Of a stretch of DNA of 64,000 nucleotides, positions 19,143 to 27,936 are shown piece after piece. The DNA is from a candidate division WOR-3 bacterium (GTDB lineage Bacteria > Hydrothermota > Hydrothermia > Hydrothermales > JAJRUZ01). The notes under the pieces were generated by a model. It saw only the letters and a program-made list of their open reading frames with translations, had not been told where the DNA came from and did no database searches. Within the stretch, counting starts at the first letter, position 1. The number at the start of each line of letters is the position of its first letter. The position numbers and the translations under genes were made by a program. The stretch is from assembly GCA_039803925.1 (NCBI GenBank), contig JBDRZL010000004.1, forward strand, positions 17,168 through 81,167, written 5' to 3'.

Positions 19143-20801
19143 ATGGAGAGAATATGGTTAAAGTTTTATGATAAGGGTGTAAAAAGTGATATAGAAATAC
19201 CAAAGGTTCCTCTTTTTTACTTTCTTCTTGAAACTGTAAAAAATTTTCCAGAAAAGGATGCTTATATATTTTTTGACAAAAGAACAAAATTCAAAGAACT
19301 TCTTTTTAAATGTAGAAAATTTGCTTCTTTTTTGAAAGAAAATGGAATAAAAAAGAAAGATAGGGTAGCTTTTCTTTTGCCCAATACTCCCCATTTTGTT
19401 ATTTCCTATTATGGAACTATGATGGTAGGTGGGATTGTTGTTCAGTTAAACCCTTTACTTTCTGATAGGGAAGTTTCTCTTCTTTTAAAGAATTCAGGTT
19501 CTAAAATCTTAGTAATTCTTGATATTTTACTGCCAAGATTTCTGAATTCCATTAAAAGTTCAAATATTGATTTTTTAATTGTTGCTCAGATTGACGAATA
19601 TTTTCCACCTTTTAAAAGAATTGGTTTCAAATTTTTTAAAATTTTGAAGGGAATAAATCGAAAGTTGAAAGGTTTAAAGAGAAAATATTTCTTTTTTAGA
19701 GAAATTGAAAATTATAAGGAAATAGAAAATTTTGAAAAAATAGACCCAGAAGAAGATATAGCTTCCCTTCAATATACAGGTGGGACAACAGGGATTCCAA
19801 AGGGTGCAATGCTCACTCATTACAATCTTGTTGCAAATACTTTGCAAACGATGGAATGGGTTCCTGATTTAAGAAAAGGTGAAGAAGTTGTTATGGGTGT
19901 TTTACCCTTTTTCCATGTTTATGGAATGTCAGTGGCTTTAAATTTTTCAATAGCTTCTGGTTCAACTTTAATAATTGTTCCTAAATTTCATACCAAGGAA
20001 ATTCTTGAAAAGATAGAAAAATATAAGGTAACAATTTTTCCTGGTGTTCCACAGATGTATCAGGCAATAAATAACTTTAAGGATATTAAAAAATATAAAT
20101 TAAGTACAATAAGAGCATGTATTTCAGGAGCAGCACCTTTACCACCTCAGGTCAAGGATAAATTTGAAGAGTTAACAGGTGCAAAACTTGTTGAGGGTTA
20201 TGGATTATCTGAAGCTTCACCTGTTACCCACTGTAATCCCCTTTACGGTAAAAATAAAAGGGGAAGTATAGGTGTTCCTTTTCCAAATACCTTAGCAAAA
20301 ATTGTTGATCTTGAAAAAGGTGAAAAAGAAATGCCCATTGGTGAGCCAGGAGAATTAATCCTTAAAGGTCCACAGGTAATGAAAGGTTATTGGAACAATG
20401 AAGAAGAGACTAAAAAGGTTATAAGGGATGGATGGTTATATACAGGTGACATAGCAAAGATGGATGAGGATGGTTACTTTTATATTCTTGATAGAAAGAA
20501 GGATTTAATAATTGTGAGCGGATTTAATGTTTATCCAAGAAATATTGAGGAGGTTCTTTTAACTCATCCAAAAATCAAGGATGTTGCCTGTGTTGGTATC
20601 CCCTATGAAAAAACAGGAGAAGGTGTTAAAGTATTTATAGTGCCAAAGGAAGGAGTCAGTTTAACAAAGGAGGAGGTAATTGAATTTTCAAAGAAAAATC
20701 TTGCAAAGTATGAAGTTCCTGTTGAGGTTGAATTTGTTAAGGAAATTCCAAGAACAGCAGTTGGTAAAACTTTAAGAAGGGTTTTAAAGGAAAAAAGTTA
20801 A
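19143..20801 (+). CDS. fadD: Long-chain fatty acid--CoA ligase (AMP-dependent synthetase)
   Basis: AMP-binding motif LQYTGGTTGIPKGAMLTH, plus GYGLSEASP, YTGDIAKMDEDGYFYILDRKKDLI and a C-terminal ...GKTLRRVL. Confidence 0.88.
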   Translation: MERIWLKFYDKGVKSDIEIPKVPLFYFLLETVKNFPEKDAYIFFDKRTKFKELLFKCRKFASFLKENGIKKKDRVAFLLPNTPHFVISYYGTMMVGGIVVQLNPLLSDREVSLLLKNSGSKILVILDILLPRFLNSIKSSNIDFLIVAQIDEYFPPFKRIGFKFFKILKGINRKLKGLKRKYFFFREIENYKEIENFEKIDPEEDIASLQYTGGTTGIPKGAMLTHYNLVANTLQTMEWVPDLRKGEEVVMGVLPFFHVYGMSVALNFSIASGSTLIIVPKFHTKEILEKIEKYKVTIFPGVPQMYQAINNFKDIKKYKLSTIRACISGAAPLPPQVKDKFEELTGAKLVEGYGLSEASPVTHCNPLYGKNKRGSIGVPFPNTLAKIVDLEKGEKEMPIGEPGELILKGPQVMKGYWNNEEETKKVIRDGWLYTGDIAKMDEDGYFYILDRKKDLIIVSGFNVYPRNIEEVLLTHPKIKDVACVGIPYEKTGEGVKVFIVPKEGVSLTKEEVIEFSKKNLAKYEVPVEVEFVKEIPRTAVGKTLRRVLKEKS

Positions 20802-22294
20802 ATTTCAAATCCAAGGGGACAATATTTAAGGGATTCTTTATTTTCTTTGCTTATTTTTAAGTTGCCTTTTATTTTACTTAAGAATATTTCACCCCTTGTT
20901 CCTTTATCTTCTCTTAAAAATTTTTTATAATTATCTGAATATAGATTACATAGGGAGCAGAGAATACACATTTTTTTATTTTCTCCAGGTTCATATTTAT
21001 TAACTTTAAATTCACCTTCTATTTTTGATGGGTTAAAAAGATCATAAGGGTCAAGGGCTTTTTTAATTTTCTTCATTATCTCATATTCTTTAAATCTCTT
21101 TGTATACATAATGTATTTTATTCCAAAACCATGCTCCCCTGTTACAGTTCCTCCTATATCAAGGACATATTCGCATATTTCCCTCTTCATTTTTTCTGCC
21201 TTACCATTTTCTCTTTTTTCAAAAATAATACTTGTATGAATGTTTCCATCCCCGAAGTGTCCGTATGGAATTATTTTAATTTTATATTTATTTTCAAGTT
21301 TTTCATAGAAAAGAATAAGAGAATCTATTTTTGAAACAGGAACTGTGACATCTATGGACTTTTTTCTTCCTTTTAAATTCCACATTAAATTTGAATATTT
21401 TTTTCTTAGAGATAAAATTTTTTCTTCCTCTTCTTGATTAAAAGGTAAAATTAAATTACCTTTGATAGTTTTTTTTAATTTTTCAATTTCTTGAATTACA
21501 TCTTCTTTTTTTCCGATATATTCAGTCCATAATAAAAATTTATTTTCCCATTCCATAATTTCGCATAGGGTTATATTTTCCTTTTTTATAAGTTCTTTTG
21601 AAATTTTAAGAATTTCTTTTTTTTCTGACTCAATTAAAATACTTTTTTTATACTCAGGAATTCTTATAACCTTTAAATATATTTCTGTTATAAGCCCTAA
21701 TGTTCCTTCTGAACCTACAAAGATTTTTTCAACTGGATAAAAGAGTTTATTCTTTTTTAAAAGTCCCCTTGTATTTAGAACTGTTCCATCTGAAATTAAA
21801 ACAGAAAGTCCATTTACATAGTTAATGGTTACTCCATATCTTAAAGCCCTTGGTCCTCCTGCATTTGTTGCAACAGTTCCTCCTATGCTTGCTATATCAC
21901 TTGAAGCAGGGTCAACTGGATAAAAGTATCCATAATTTTTTAAAAATTCATTTATCTCATCAATTGTAAAACCAGGTTCTAAATAAAGTATTTCATCCTC
22001 TATGAAGAATTCAATTTTATTTTTAAGTCTTTCAGTGCTAACAACAACACTTTCAGGGTGAGGAACACATCCACCGCTTCTTCCTGTCGCTTTTCCCCTT
22101 GGTGTTACTGGAATTTTATTTTCAAGGAGTAAAGATACAATATCAATAAGTTTATTTTTTTCCTTTGGAATAAAAACTGCCTTTGGTAATGAATAAAAAA
22201 AAGATGTGTCAAAGGAGTATGCATAGAGGACTTCTTCCTCAATAAAAAATTCCTCAGGAAATTTTTTCTTTAATTCCCTAAAAAGTTTCTTCAT
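20798..22294 (-). CDS. FAD-linked oxidase (GlcD/D-lactate dehydrogenase-like) with a short C-terminal Cys-rich (GlcF-like Fe-S) tail
   Basis: FAD_binding_4-type motifs (VTPRGKATGRSGG, ATNAGGPRALRYG, VGSEGTLGLITE) and the FAD-oxidase_C motif (GTVTGEHGFGI). The tail contains CILCSLC...RGEIFL...KYCP. Confidence 0.8.
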   Translation of the reverse strand: MKKLFRELKKKFPEEFFIEEEVLYAYSFDTSFFYSLPKAVFIPKEKNKLIDIVSLLLENKIPVTPRGKATGRSGGCVPHPESVVVSTERLKNKIEFFIEDEILYLEPGFTIDEINEFLKNYGYFYPVDPASSDIASIGGTVATNAGGPRALRYGVTINYVNGLSVLISDGTVLNTRGLLKKNKLFYPVEKIFVGSEGTLGLITEIYLKVIRIPEYKKSILIESEKKEILKISKELIKKENITLCEIMEWENKFLLWTEYIGKKEDVIQEIEKLKKTIKGNLILPFNQEEEEKILSLRKKYSNLMWNLKGRKKSIDVTVPVSKIDSLILFYEKLENKYKIKIIPYGHFGDGNIHTSIIFEKRENGKAEKMKREICEYVLDIGGTVTGEHGFGIKYIMYTKRFKEYEIMKKIKKALDPYDLFNPSKIEGEFKVNKYEPGENKKMCILCSLCNLYSDNYKKFLREDKGTRGEIFLSKIKGNLKISKENKESLKYCPLGFEI

Positions 22295-22943
22295 TCTTTT
22301 TGAGAGTATCTTTTAGAAAGGGCAAAAGGGTTAAAAGAATGTTTATTGTTAAATTTATAGGGAATTTTGAAAAGGGAATTAAAAATCCTAAAAATTCCTG
22401 AATAAAAAGATAGGATAAATCTTTTTCATATTCCCTTTTAATTTTTTCTTTTAATTCTTTTTCATCAGGATAAATAACCATTATTGCTTTGATAAGAGCC
22501 TCTTTACCTTGCGTTTCATAAATTTTCTTAAATAGTTCTTTTTCCTTTAAGCTCTCTTCTTTTTTTCTTTTTAATTTTGAAATTTCTTCTTCTTTTTTTC
22601 TTGTAAATTTTAATAGTTCACCGTGATTAAAAAACATTCCTTTACAGTTTTCACAGAAAAGGATAAGTAAATCCTTATATTTTGGATTTAAATATTTTCC
22701 CATTTTTTTATTACATTGAGGGCACTTAAAGTTTTTATTTATATCTAAGGGTAATTTTGTTTTTAAAAGGGGTAAATTAATTTCCTCAAGTTTTTCTGCT
22801 TCTTTTTCTTTTATTCTTAAACCTGAAAGCTCAGAGAAAAAAATCCCCCCGCACTGGAAGCATTGATACGAAGTTTCAATTTGACCGTAAATATTTTTAA
22901 ATTTTCTTTCCTCTAAATTTATATTACATAGAGGGCAATTCAT
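22278..22943 (-). CDS. Double zinc-ribbon (TFIIB-type zf) protein with coiled coil and C-terminal hydrophobic segment
   Basis: Two CPxC...CxxCxGxFF units (CPLCN...CFQCGGIFF; CPQCN...CENCKGMFFNHGEL), a K/E-rich linker, and a hydrophobic C-terminus (FLGFLIPFSKFPINLTINILLTLLPFL). Both ends overlap the neighbouring genes. Confidence 0.6.
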   Translation of the reverse strand: MNCPLCNINLEERKFKNIYGQIETSYQCFQCGGIFFSELSGLRIKEKEAEKLEEINLPLLKTKLPLDINKNFKCPQCNKKMGKYLNPKYKDLLILFCENCKGMFFNHGELLKFTRKKEEEISKLKRKKEESLKEKELFKKIYETQGKEALIKAIMVIYPDEKELKEKIKREYEKDLSYLFIQEFLGFLIPFSKFPINLTINILLTLLPFLKDTLKKNEETF

Positions 22944-24184
22944 TTAAAAAAGTATTTCTTAATTTCCTCAAGAACAGAAACAAATTTATCAACCTCCTCT
23001 TTTGTGTTATATAAATAGAAGCTTACCCTTGCTGAGTTTTCAATTTTAAAATGTCTCATTAAGGGTTGTGTGCAGTGATGTCCACTTCTTATAGCAATTC
23101 CTTCCTCATCGCATATTCCTGCTATATCGTGCGGGTGAATTCCTTTTATGTTAAAGGAAATGATTCCGAGGGTTTTTTGTCCCTTATGTCCATAAATTTC
23201 AATCCCTTCAATTTCCTTCATTTTTGAGAGAGCATATTCTGTTAATTCATTTTCATGTTTTTCTATATTTTCCATTCCTATTTCTTTAAGGTATGAGATA
23301 GCAGCAGAAAGTCCTATTCCACCTGCTATATTGGGTGTTCCTGCCTCATATTTCCAGGGCAGTTCATTCCATGTTGCCCCTTCAGTTGTTACTTCAAAAA
23401 TCATATCGCCACCGTATAAAAAAGGTTCCATTTTAGAGAGTAATTTTTTCTTTCCGTATAAAAATCCAATTCCTGTTGGTCCAAGCATTTTATGTCCACT
23501 TACAGCAAGAAAATCAATATCAAGTTCTTTCACATTTATTTTTGTATGTGGAACAGCCTGAGCACCATCGCAAACTACTATTGCATCACTATTTTCTCTT
23601 ACAATTTTAATAATTTCTTCTGCTGGATTAATTGTTCCAAGGAAATTTGAGGCAAGTGTAAAGGTTACTATCTTTGTCTTTTTATTTAAGAGTTTTTTAA
23701 GATGTTCAAGGTCAAGGGTTCCGTCTGAAAGAACATTTACATAGTTTAATTTTATTTTTTTTACTTTCCTTAGCATCTGCCAAGGGACTATGTTTGAATG
23801 GTGTTCCATTAAGGTTGTTATAACTTCATCACCTTCTTCAAGTTGATGTATTCCTATTGAATAGGCGCAAAGGTTAAGGGCTTCAGTTGCGTTTCTTGTA
23901 AAGATAATCTCTTCCATTGAATTTGAGCCAATAAAGTCTGCTACTTCTCTGTGGGCTTCTTCGTATTTAATGGATGCTTCGTAACTTAAAGTATGGACAC
24001 CTCTGTGAACATTTGCATTATAGTTTTCATAGAATTCTAAAATTGCATCAATAACCCTTTTGGGTTTTTGTGTTGTTGCAGCATTATCAAAATATATAAG
24101 GTCTTTTCCCCTTATTTTTCTTTTTAAACAGGGGAAATCTTCTCTAATTTTTGTTAAATCTAAAAAAGTCTCTTTTGTTTTCAT
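22940..24184 (-). CDS. sufS: Cysteine desulfurase SufS (class V aminotransferase)
   Basis: YFDNAATTQKP, the PLP-Lys motif AVSGHKMLGPTGIGFLYGK, and the catalytic Cys motif RSGHHCTQPL. Confidence 0.92.
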   Translation of the reverse strand: MKTKETFLDLTKIREDFPCLKRKIRGKDLIYFDNAATTQKPKRVIDAILEFYENYNANVHRGVHTLSYEASIKYEEAHREVADFIGSNSMEEIIFTRNATEALNLCAYSIGIHQLEEGDEVITTLMEHHSNIVPWQMLRKVKKIKLNYVNVLSDGTLDLEHLKKLLNKKTKIVTFTLASNFLGTINPAEEIIKIVRENSDAIVVCDGAQAVPHTKINVKELDIDFLAVSGHKMLGPTGIGFLYGKKKLLSKMEPFLYGGDMIFEVTTEGATWNELPWKYEAGTPNIAGGIGLSAAISYLKEIGMENIEKHENELTEYALSKMKEIEGIEIYGHKGQKTLGIISFNIKGIHPHDIAGICDEEGIAIRSGHHCTQPLMRHFKIENSARVSFYLYNTKEEVDKFVSVLEEIKKYFFK

Positions 24185-24200
24185 AAAATTTTTTTAATTT

Positions 24201-24217
24201 AAAGGATTTGAACCTGC
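24201..24217 (-). promoter_or_regulatory. T-arm-like motif GCAGGTTCAAATCCTTT in the sufS 5' region
   Basis: The reverse strand reads TATAAT-ataattttattagc-AGGTTCAAATCCTTTAAATTAAAAAAATTT-ATG(sufS). It shares the core with the other loci. Confidence 0.5.
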
Positions 24218-24244
24218 TAATAAAATTATATTATACTCTTAATT

Positions 24245-24715
24245 ATGAAGAAATTTATATTTTTTATTCTTTTTCAAACTCTTTTATTTTCAAAGGTAAA
24301 TTTAAAATTTGGAATAAAGTCCTCCATAGTTTATGAAAATGGTGAGGCCTATCCATTAATTGGGATATCTCTTGGTTATTATCCTTTTTCCTATTTTTTT
24401 ATTGAAGGTAATGGTGAATATATTATGAAAAGTTCCTATAAGGAATTTGCTTTTCCTTTGACATTTAATTTTATTTATAAGAGAAAATATTTTTCACCTT
24501 ATATAGGACTTGGACTTGCTTACCACTTTTATTCCTATGACTCCTATTCTGATAATTCTCTCGGGTATAGATTTAAAGGAGGAACAAGCTTCTTTGATAA
24601 AAGTGGTGCCACTATTTATTTTGAGGCAATTTATGATGTCCCTGATTTTTCAAAAGGAAGAGGAAGGTGGCAGTTTACAGGTAGAATTGATAAGGATTTT
24701 AATTTTGAATTTTAA
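24245..24715 (+). CDS. Small outer-membrane beta-barrel protein (OmpW/porin-like, 8-strand class)
   Basis: Signal peptide, alternating aromatic beta-strand pattern, and a terminal Phe (...DFNFEF). Confidence 0.6.
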   Translation: MKKFIFFILFQTLLFSKVNLKFGIKSSIVYENGEAYPLIGISLGYYPFSYFFIEGNGEYIMKSSYKEFAFPLTFNFIYKRKYFSPYIGLGLAYHFYSYDSYSDNSLGYRFKGGTSFFDKSGATIYFEAIYDVPDFSKGRGRWQFTGRIDKDFNFEF

Positions 24716-25112
24716 GAAGGTTAACCATATTTCACTTGCGGTTAGTGATTTTGATAAAGGCGTAGGAGTCTTTAAGAAGCTTTTTTCCCTTGAGCCTGAA
24801 ATTCATTTTTTTGAGGAAAGAAAATTGAAAATTGCAATATTTTACTTACAGAACTTAATGTTTGAAATTATATCACCTATGGAAGGTGAAGAAAAGGTGA
24901 AAAAATTTCTTGAAAAAAGGGGAGATGGAATTCATCATATAGCCTTTGAGGTTGAAAATGTTGAAGGTATTGTTAAAGATTTACAGGAAAAGGGATTTAA
25001 AATAGTTGAAGGTCCAAGAGAAGGTATTAAAAGTAAAAGTGTAATTTTTCTTGATCCAAAAGATACAGGAAGGGTTTTAATTGAATTGGTTGAAAAGAAA
25101 GAAAAAGTTTAA
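24705..25112 (+). CDS. Methylmalonyl-CoA epimerase (VOC/glyoxalase fold)
   Basis: VNHISLAVSDFDKGV...FEIISPMEGEEKVKKFLEKRGDGIHHIAFEVENVEGIVKDLQEKGFKI...IFLDPKDTGRVLIELVE is typical of this enzyme. The track's longer ORF (from 24510) overlaps the upstream gene out of context. TTG at 24705 gives MNFKKVNHI.... Confidence 0.8.
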   Translation: MNFKKVNHISLAVSDFDKGVGVFKKLFSLEPEIHFFEERKLKIAIFYLQNLMFEIISPMEGEEKVKKFLEKRGDGIHHIAFEVENVEGIVKDLQEKGFKIVEGPREGIKSKSVIFLDPKDTGRVLIELVEKKEKV

Positions 25113-25275
25113 AAGATTTTGGAAGGTGAAAATTAAGAAAGTGAGTTAAATGCAAGGAAAAATAGATTTTTGGGGATAAGAAATTCAGGATTTAAGTATT
25201 GAGTAATAGAAAAGGATAATTTGACCTTATCCTCTATTCTGTTTATTTTTGCATTTTTTTAGTTTACAATTTACT

Positions 25276-25875
25276 ATGAAAAAAATTTTAAGAGAAGAGG
25301 ATATTATAAAAATAATTGAAAAAAGACTTCCTGAGATTATTGAGAAATCACCATTTTTCAGATTAAAGATTGAAGAGATAATGGATAAGAGGGCAGTAAC
25401 AAGAGAGGAAATAAAAGAAATACTTAAGGAATTAAAGGCTCAAAGGGAAGAATTAAAGGCTCAAAGAAAGGAGATAGCAGATGGTTTTAGGGTTTTGAGG
25501 GATGCTATAACAGCATTAGGGGCAAGATGGGGTATATTTGCAGAGGAGGCTTTCAGGGAGAGTATGGAAGATATTTTGAAGGAACTCGGTTTTTATGATG
25601 TTAAAAAGTGAAAGGATCATGATAATGAGGGGATGGTTTTTGGTTATCCTTCAACAATTGAAGTAGACCTTGTTATAAAGGATGATAAACATTATTTAAT
25701 AGAGATAAAAAGCAGTGTATCAGATGGTGATGTTTTGAAATTTAAAAGAATTGGGGAGTTTTATGAGAAGAAAACAGGGGTAAAGCCGGAACTTTTTATA
25801 GTTTCTCCTTACATAAGGGAGGAGACAAAGAAAAAGTGTAAAGTTTTTGGAATAAAGTTTTATAGAAGAGATTAA
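25276..25875 (+). pseudogene. DUF3782 / PD-(D/E)xK-like protein interrupted by a single in-frame TGA (25609-25611)
   Basis: The track's two ORFs (25249-25611 and 25633-25875) are in the same frame, separated only by TGA plus 7 sense codons. Read through, the sequence is ...ALGARWGIFAEEAFRESMEDILKELGFYDVKK*KDHDNEGMVFGYPSTIEVDLVIKDDKHYLIEIKSS.... I recognise this as one contiguous domain (coiled coil + D...EIK nuclease-like core). There is no spaced SD before the second ATG. Confidence 0.6.
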
Positions 25876-25900
25876 AAAGAAATTGAAAAATTAAAGGAAG

Positions 25901-26551
25901 TTATTTTTCGCCTTTTATTTTTTTAATAAACTTGTTAATTTTCTTTTCCTTAAAAAAGAAGGATCCAATACATAAAACTTCTGCCCCAAGATTAATTACA
26001 TAAAAAATATTTTCCTTATTCAATCCCCCATCAACTGCTATTTCAAATTTTAAATTATCTTTTTCCTTTATTTCCTTTAATTCCTTTATTTTAAAAGATG
26101 CACTTTCAATAAACTTTTGCCCTGAAAAACCAGGATTTACTGTCATAACAAGGACTCTTTCAACATCTTTTAAGTAAGGTAAAACTCTTTCGAGAGGTGT
26201 TTCAGGGTTTATTGCAATTCCTGCCCTTGTAAAATGATGTATTTCTTCAATTGTTTCTTTAACTTTATCTGTTGCCTCTACATGAAAGGAAATAAGATGA
26301 GGTATGGAGTTTTTAAATCTTCTTATATATCTTAAAGGGTCAATAATCATTAGGTGAATATCAAGGGGTAAATTTGTTAATTTTCTGATTGCTTCAACTA
26401 TCATTGGACCAAAGGTAATATTAGGAACATACACTCCATCCATAACATCAATATGGATTAAATCCGAACCTGATTTTTCAATTTTTCTTATTGTTTTTTT
26501 TAAATCTGAAAAATCTCCCGCAATTATGGAAGGAGCGATTTTTATTTTCAT
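25901..26551 (-). CDS. rpe: Ribulose-phosphate 3-epimerase
   Basis: IAPSIIAGDF, HIDVMDGVYVPNITFG, MTVNPGFSGQKF, VDGG. Confidence 0.93.
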   Translation of the reverse strand: MKIKIAPSIIAGDFSDLKKTIRKIEKSGSDLIHIDVMDGVYVPNITFGPMIVEAIRKLTNLPLDIHLMIIDPLRYIRRFKNSIPHLISFHVEATDKVKETIEEIHHFTRAGIAINPETPLERVLPYLKDVERVLVMTVNPGFSGQKFIESASFKIKELKEIKEKDNLKFEIAVDGGLNKENIFYVINLGAEVLCIGSFFFKEKKINKFIKKIKGEK

Positions 26552-27933
26552 CTCATAAAATAAAAATAAATTGTAGTAGTTATTATAGTGAGAATATTCA
26601 TAAAAAATCCAATTTTTGCTAAATCCTTAACCCTAACATCACCAGTACTTAAAATTATTGCATTCGGTGGGGTTCCTGAGGGAAGCATAAAGGCAAAAGA
26701 AATACAGAGTGTTGAGGGGAGCATTAGAAAATATGGAGATAAATTTAAAGTCTTTGAAAATTCTCCAATTATGGGTAATAGAAGGGAAGCAGAGGCAGTG
26801 TTTGATGTAACTTCTGTAAAAAAAACAAGAAAAGTAACAAGGATTAAAAGAAATAAAAAGGGGGAAAATATTGAAGATATATTTTTTATGTAATTACCAA
26901 TAAAAACTGTAAAACCTGTTTTCTCATAGGCATCTGCAAGAGCAAGACCACCTCCAAAAACATATAAAATTCCCCAGGGGATTTCTTTTGCTTCCTTTGA
27001 ATTTAAAAGGGTTTCTTTTTCCCCTTTTCCTCTTTTAATGAAAAAAAGTAAAGAAGAGCAAAAAATTGCAATACTTGAATCCTCTATAAATTTAAGATTG
27101 GGAAATTTAGAAAAAAAGGGTCTTATAAACCATAAAATTATTGTTAAGATAAAAATTAAAAAAACTCTCTTTTCATATTCTGTCAATTTTAACTTTTCCT
27201 CTTCAATTTTTATTTCAAAACTTTCTCCTTTTATAAAGAAAAATTTAAAAAAAAGCAGCATAAAAATAAAGATTAATATGGCAAGGGGAGCAGCATATCT
27301 TATCCATTCAATAAAGGAAAAAACATATTCCTTTCCAAAAATTTTCTCCACTATTCCAAGATAAATAATGTTAGGGGGAGTACCTACAGGTGTTAAAATT
27401 CCTCCTATGGAGGAGGAATAGGCTGTTGAAATTAATAGAATTTTTTTAAAATTTGAATTTTCCCTTAGCTTTATACCTTTTAAAAGGGAGATAGCAATGG
27501 TATATGAAATGATTGTGGCAGCAGTATTTGATATCCATCCTGAAATTAAAAAAGTGGCAAGAGAAATTCCAGCAAAGGAAAAAAATGGACTTTTTGGAAA
27601 AATTGAGATAAAAAAAAGAGAAATTTTTTTAGCAAGTCCTGATACTTCAATTGCCTTTGCTATAAAAAAAGATCCAAGGAATAAGAAAATAAGGTGGTTT
27701 CCATAGGATAGAGCAGTATCTTTAACACTCAAAATACCAAAAAGAGGAAAAAGAAAAAGCGGAAAGAGCCCTGTTATTTCTATCGGAACAATTTCAAATA
27801 TCCAGGAGTAGGCCATTAAAAGGGTAATTGAAAAAATTTTATTAAACTTAAATGGAAAAATTAAGGGAATAAATAAAATCAAAAATAATATGAAAATTTT
27901 TAAATATGATTTTCTATTTGTTTTTGTGATCAA
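26548..27933 (-). CDS. SLC13/DASS-family anion:sodium symporter (permease)
   Basis: About 12 TM segments with the duplicated hairpin motifs SNTAATIISYTIA and SNTASASLLLPI, characteristic of the DASS/ArsB-NhaD superfamily. Confidence 0.8.
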   Translation of the reverse strand: MITKTNRKSYLKIFILFLILFIPLIFPFKFNKIFSITLLMAYSWIFEIVPIEITGLFPLFLFPLFGILSVKDTALSYGNHLIFLFLGSFFIAKAIEVSGLAKKISLFFISIFPKSPFFSFAGISLATFLISGWISNTAATIISYTIAISLLKGIKLRENSNFKKILLISTAYSSSIGGILTPVGTPPNIIYLGIVEKIFGKEYVFSFIEWIRYAAPLAILIFIFMLLFFKFFFIKGESFEIKIEEEKLKLTEYEKRVFLIFILTIILWFIRPFFSKFPNLKFIEDSSIAIFCSSLLFFIKRGKGEKETLLNSKEAKEIPWGILYVFGGGLALADAYEKTGFTVFIGNYIKNISSIFSPFLFLLILVTFLVFFTEVTSNTASASLLLPIIGEFSKTLNLSPYFLMLPSTLCISFAFMLPSGTPPNAIILSTGDVRVKDLAKIGFFMNILTIITTTIYFYFMR

Positions 27934-27936
27934 AAT

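Noticed and set aside
24510-24704. N-terminal 65-aa extension of the epimerase ORF, overlapping the upstream beta-barrel gene.
   Set aside because: The extension has no similarity to VOC-family N-termini and overlaps a better-supported gene in another frame. The TTG at 24705 gives the expected MNFKKVNHISLAV start.
25113-25275. The 160-nt spacer before the DUF3782-like gene as a riboswitch or sRNA. It includes the hairpin AGGATAA-TTTGACC-TTATCCT and a TTGCAT-17-TACTAT box.
   Set aside because: I recognised no known riboswitch core. The putative -10 overlaps the ATG itself. The hairpin is short and AT-rich, at best a weak terminator for the epimerase gene.
25609-25611. TGA inside the DUF3782-like gene as evidence for genetic code 4/25 or selenocysteine.
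   Set aside because: TGA clearly terminates other genes here (NFACT gene at 15509-15511, hslV, fmt) and Trp is encoded by TGG throughout. The downstream hairpin (AAGGAT...ATCCTT, 6 bp enclosing 28 nt) does not look like a bacterial SECIS. A Sec residue has no rationale in this family.
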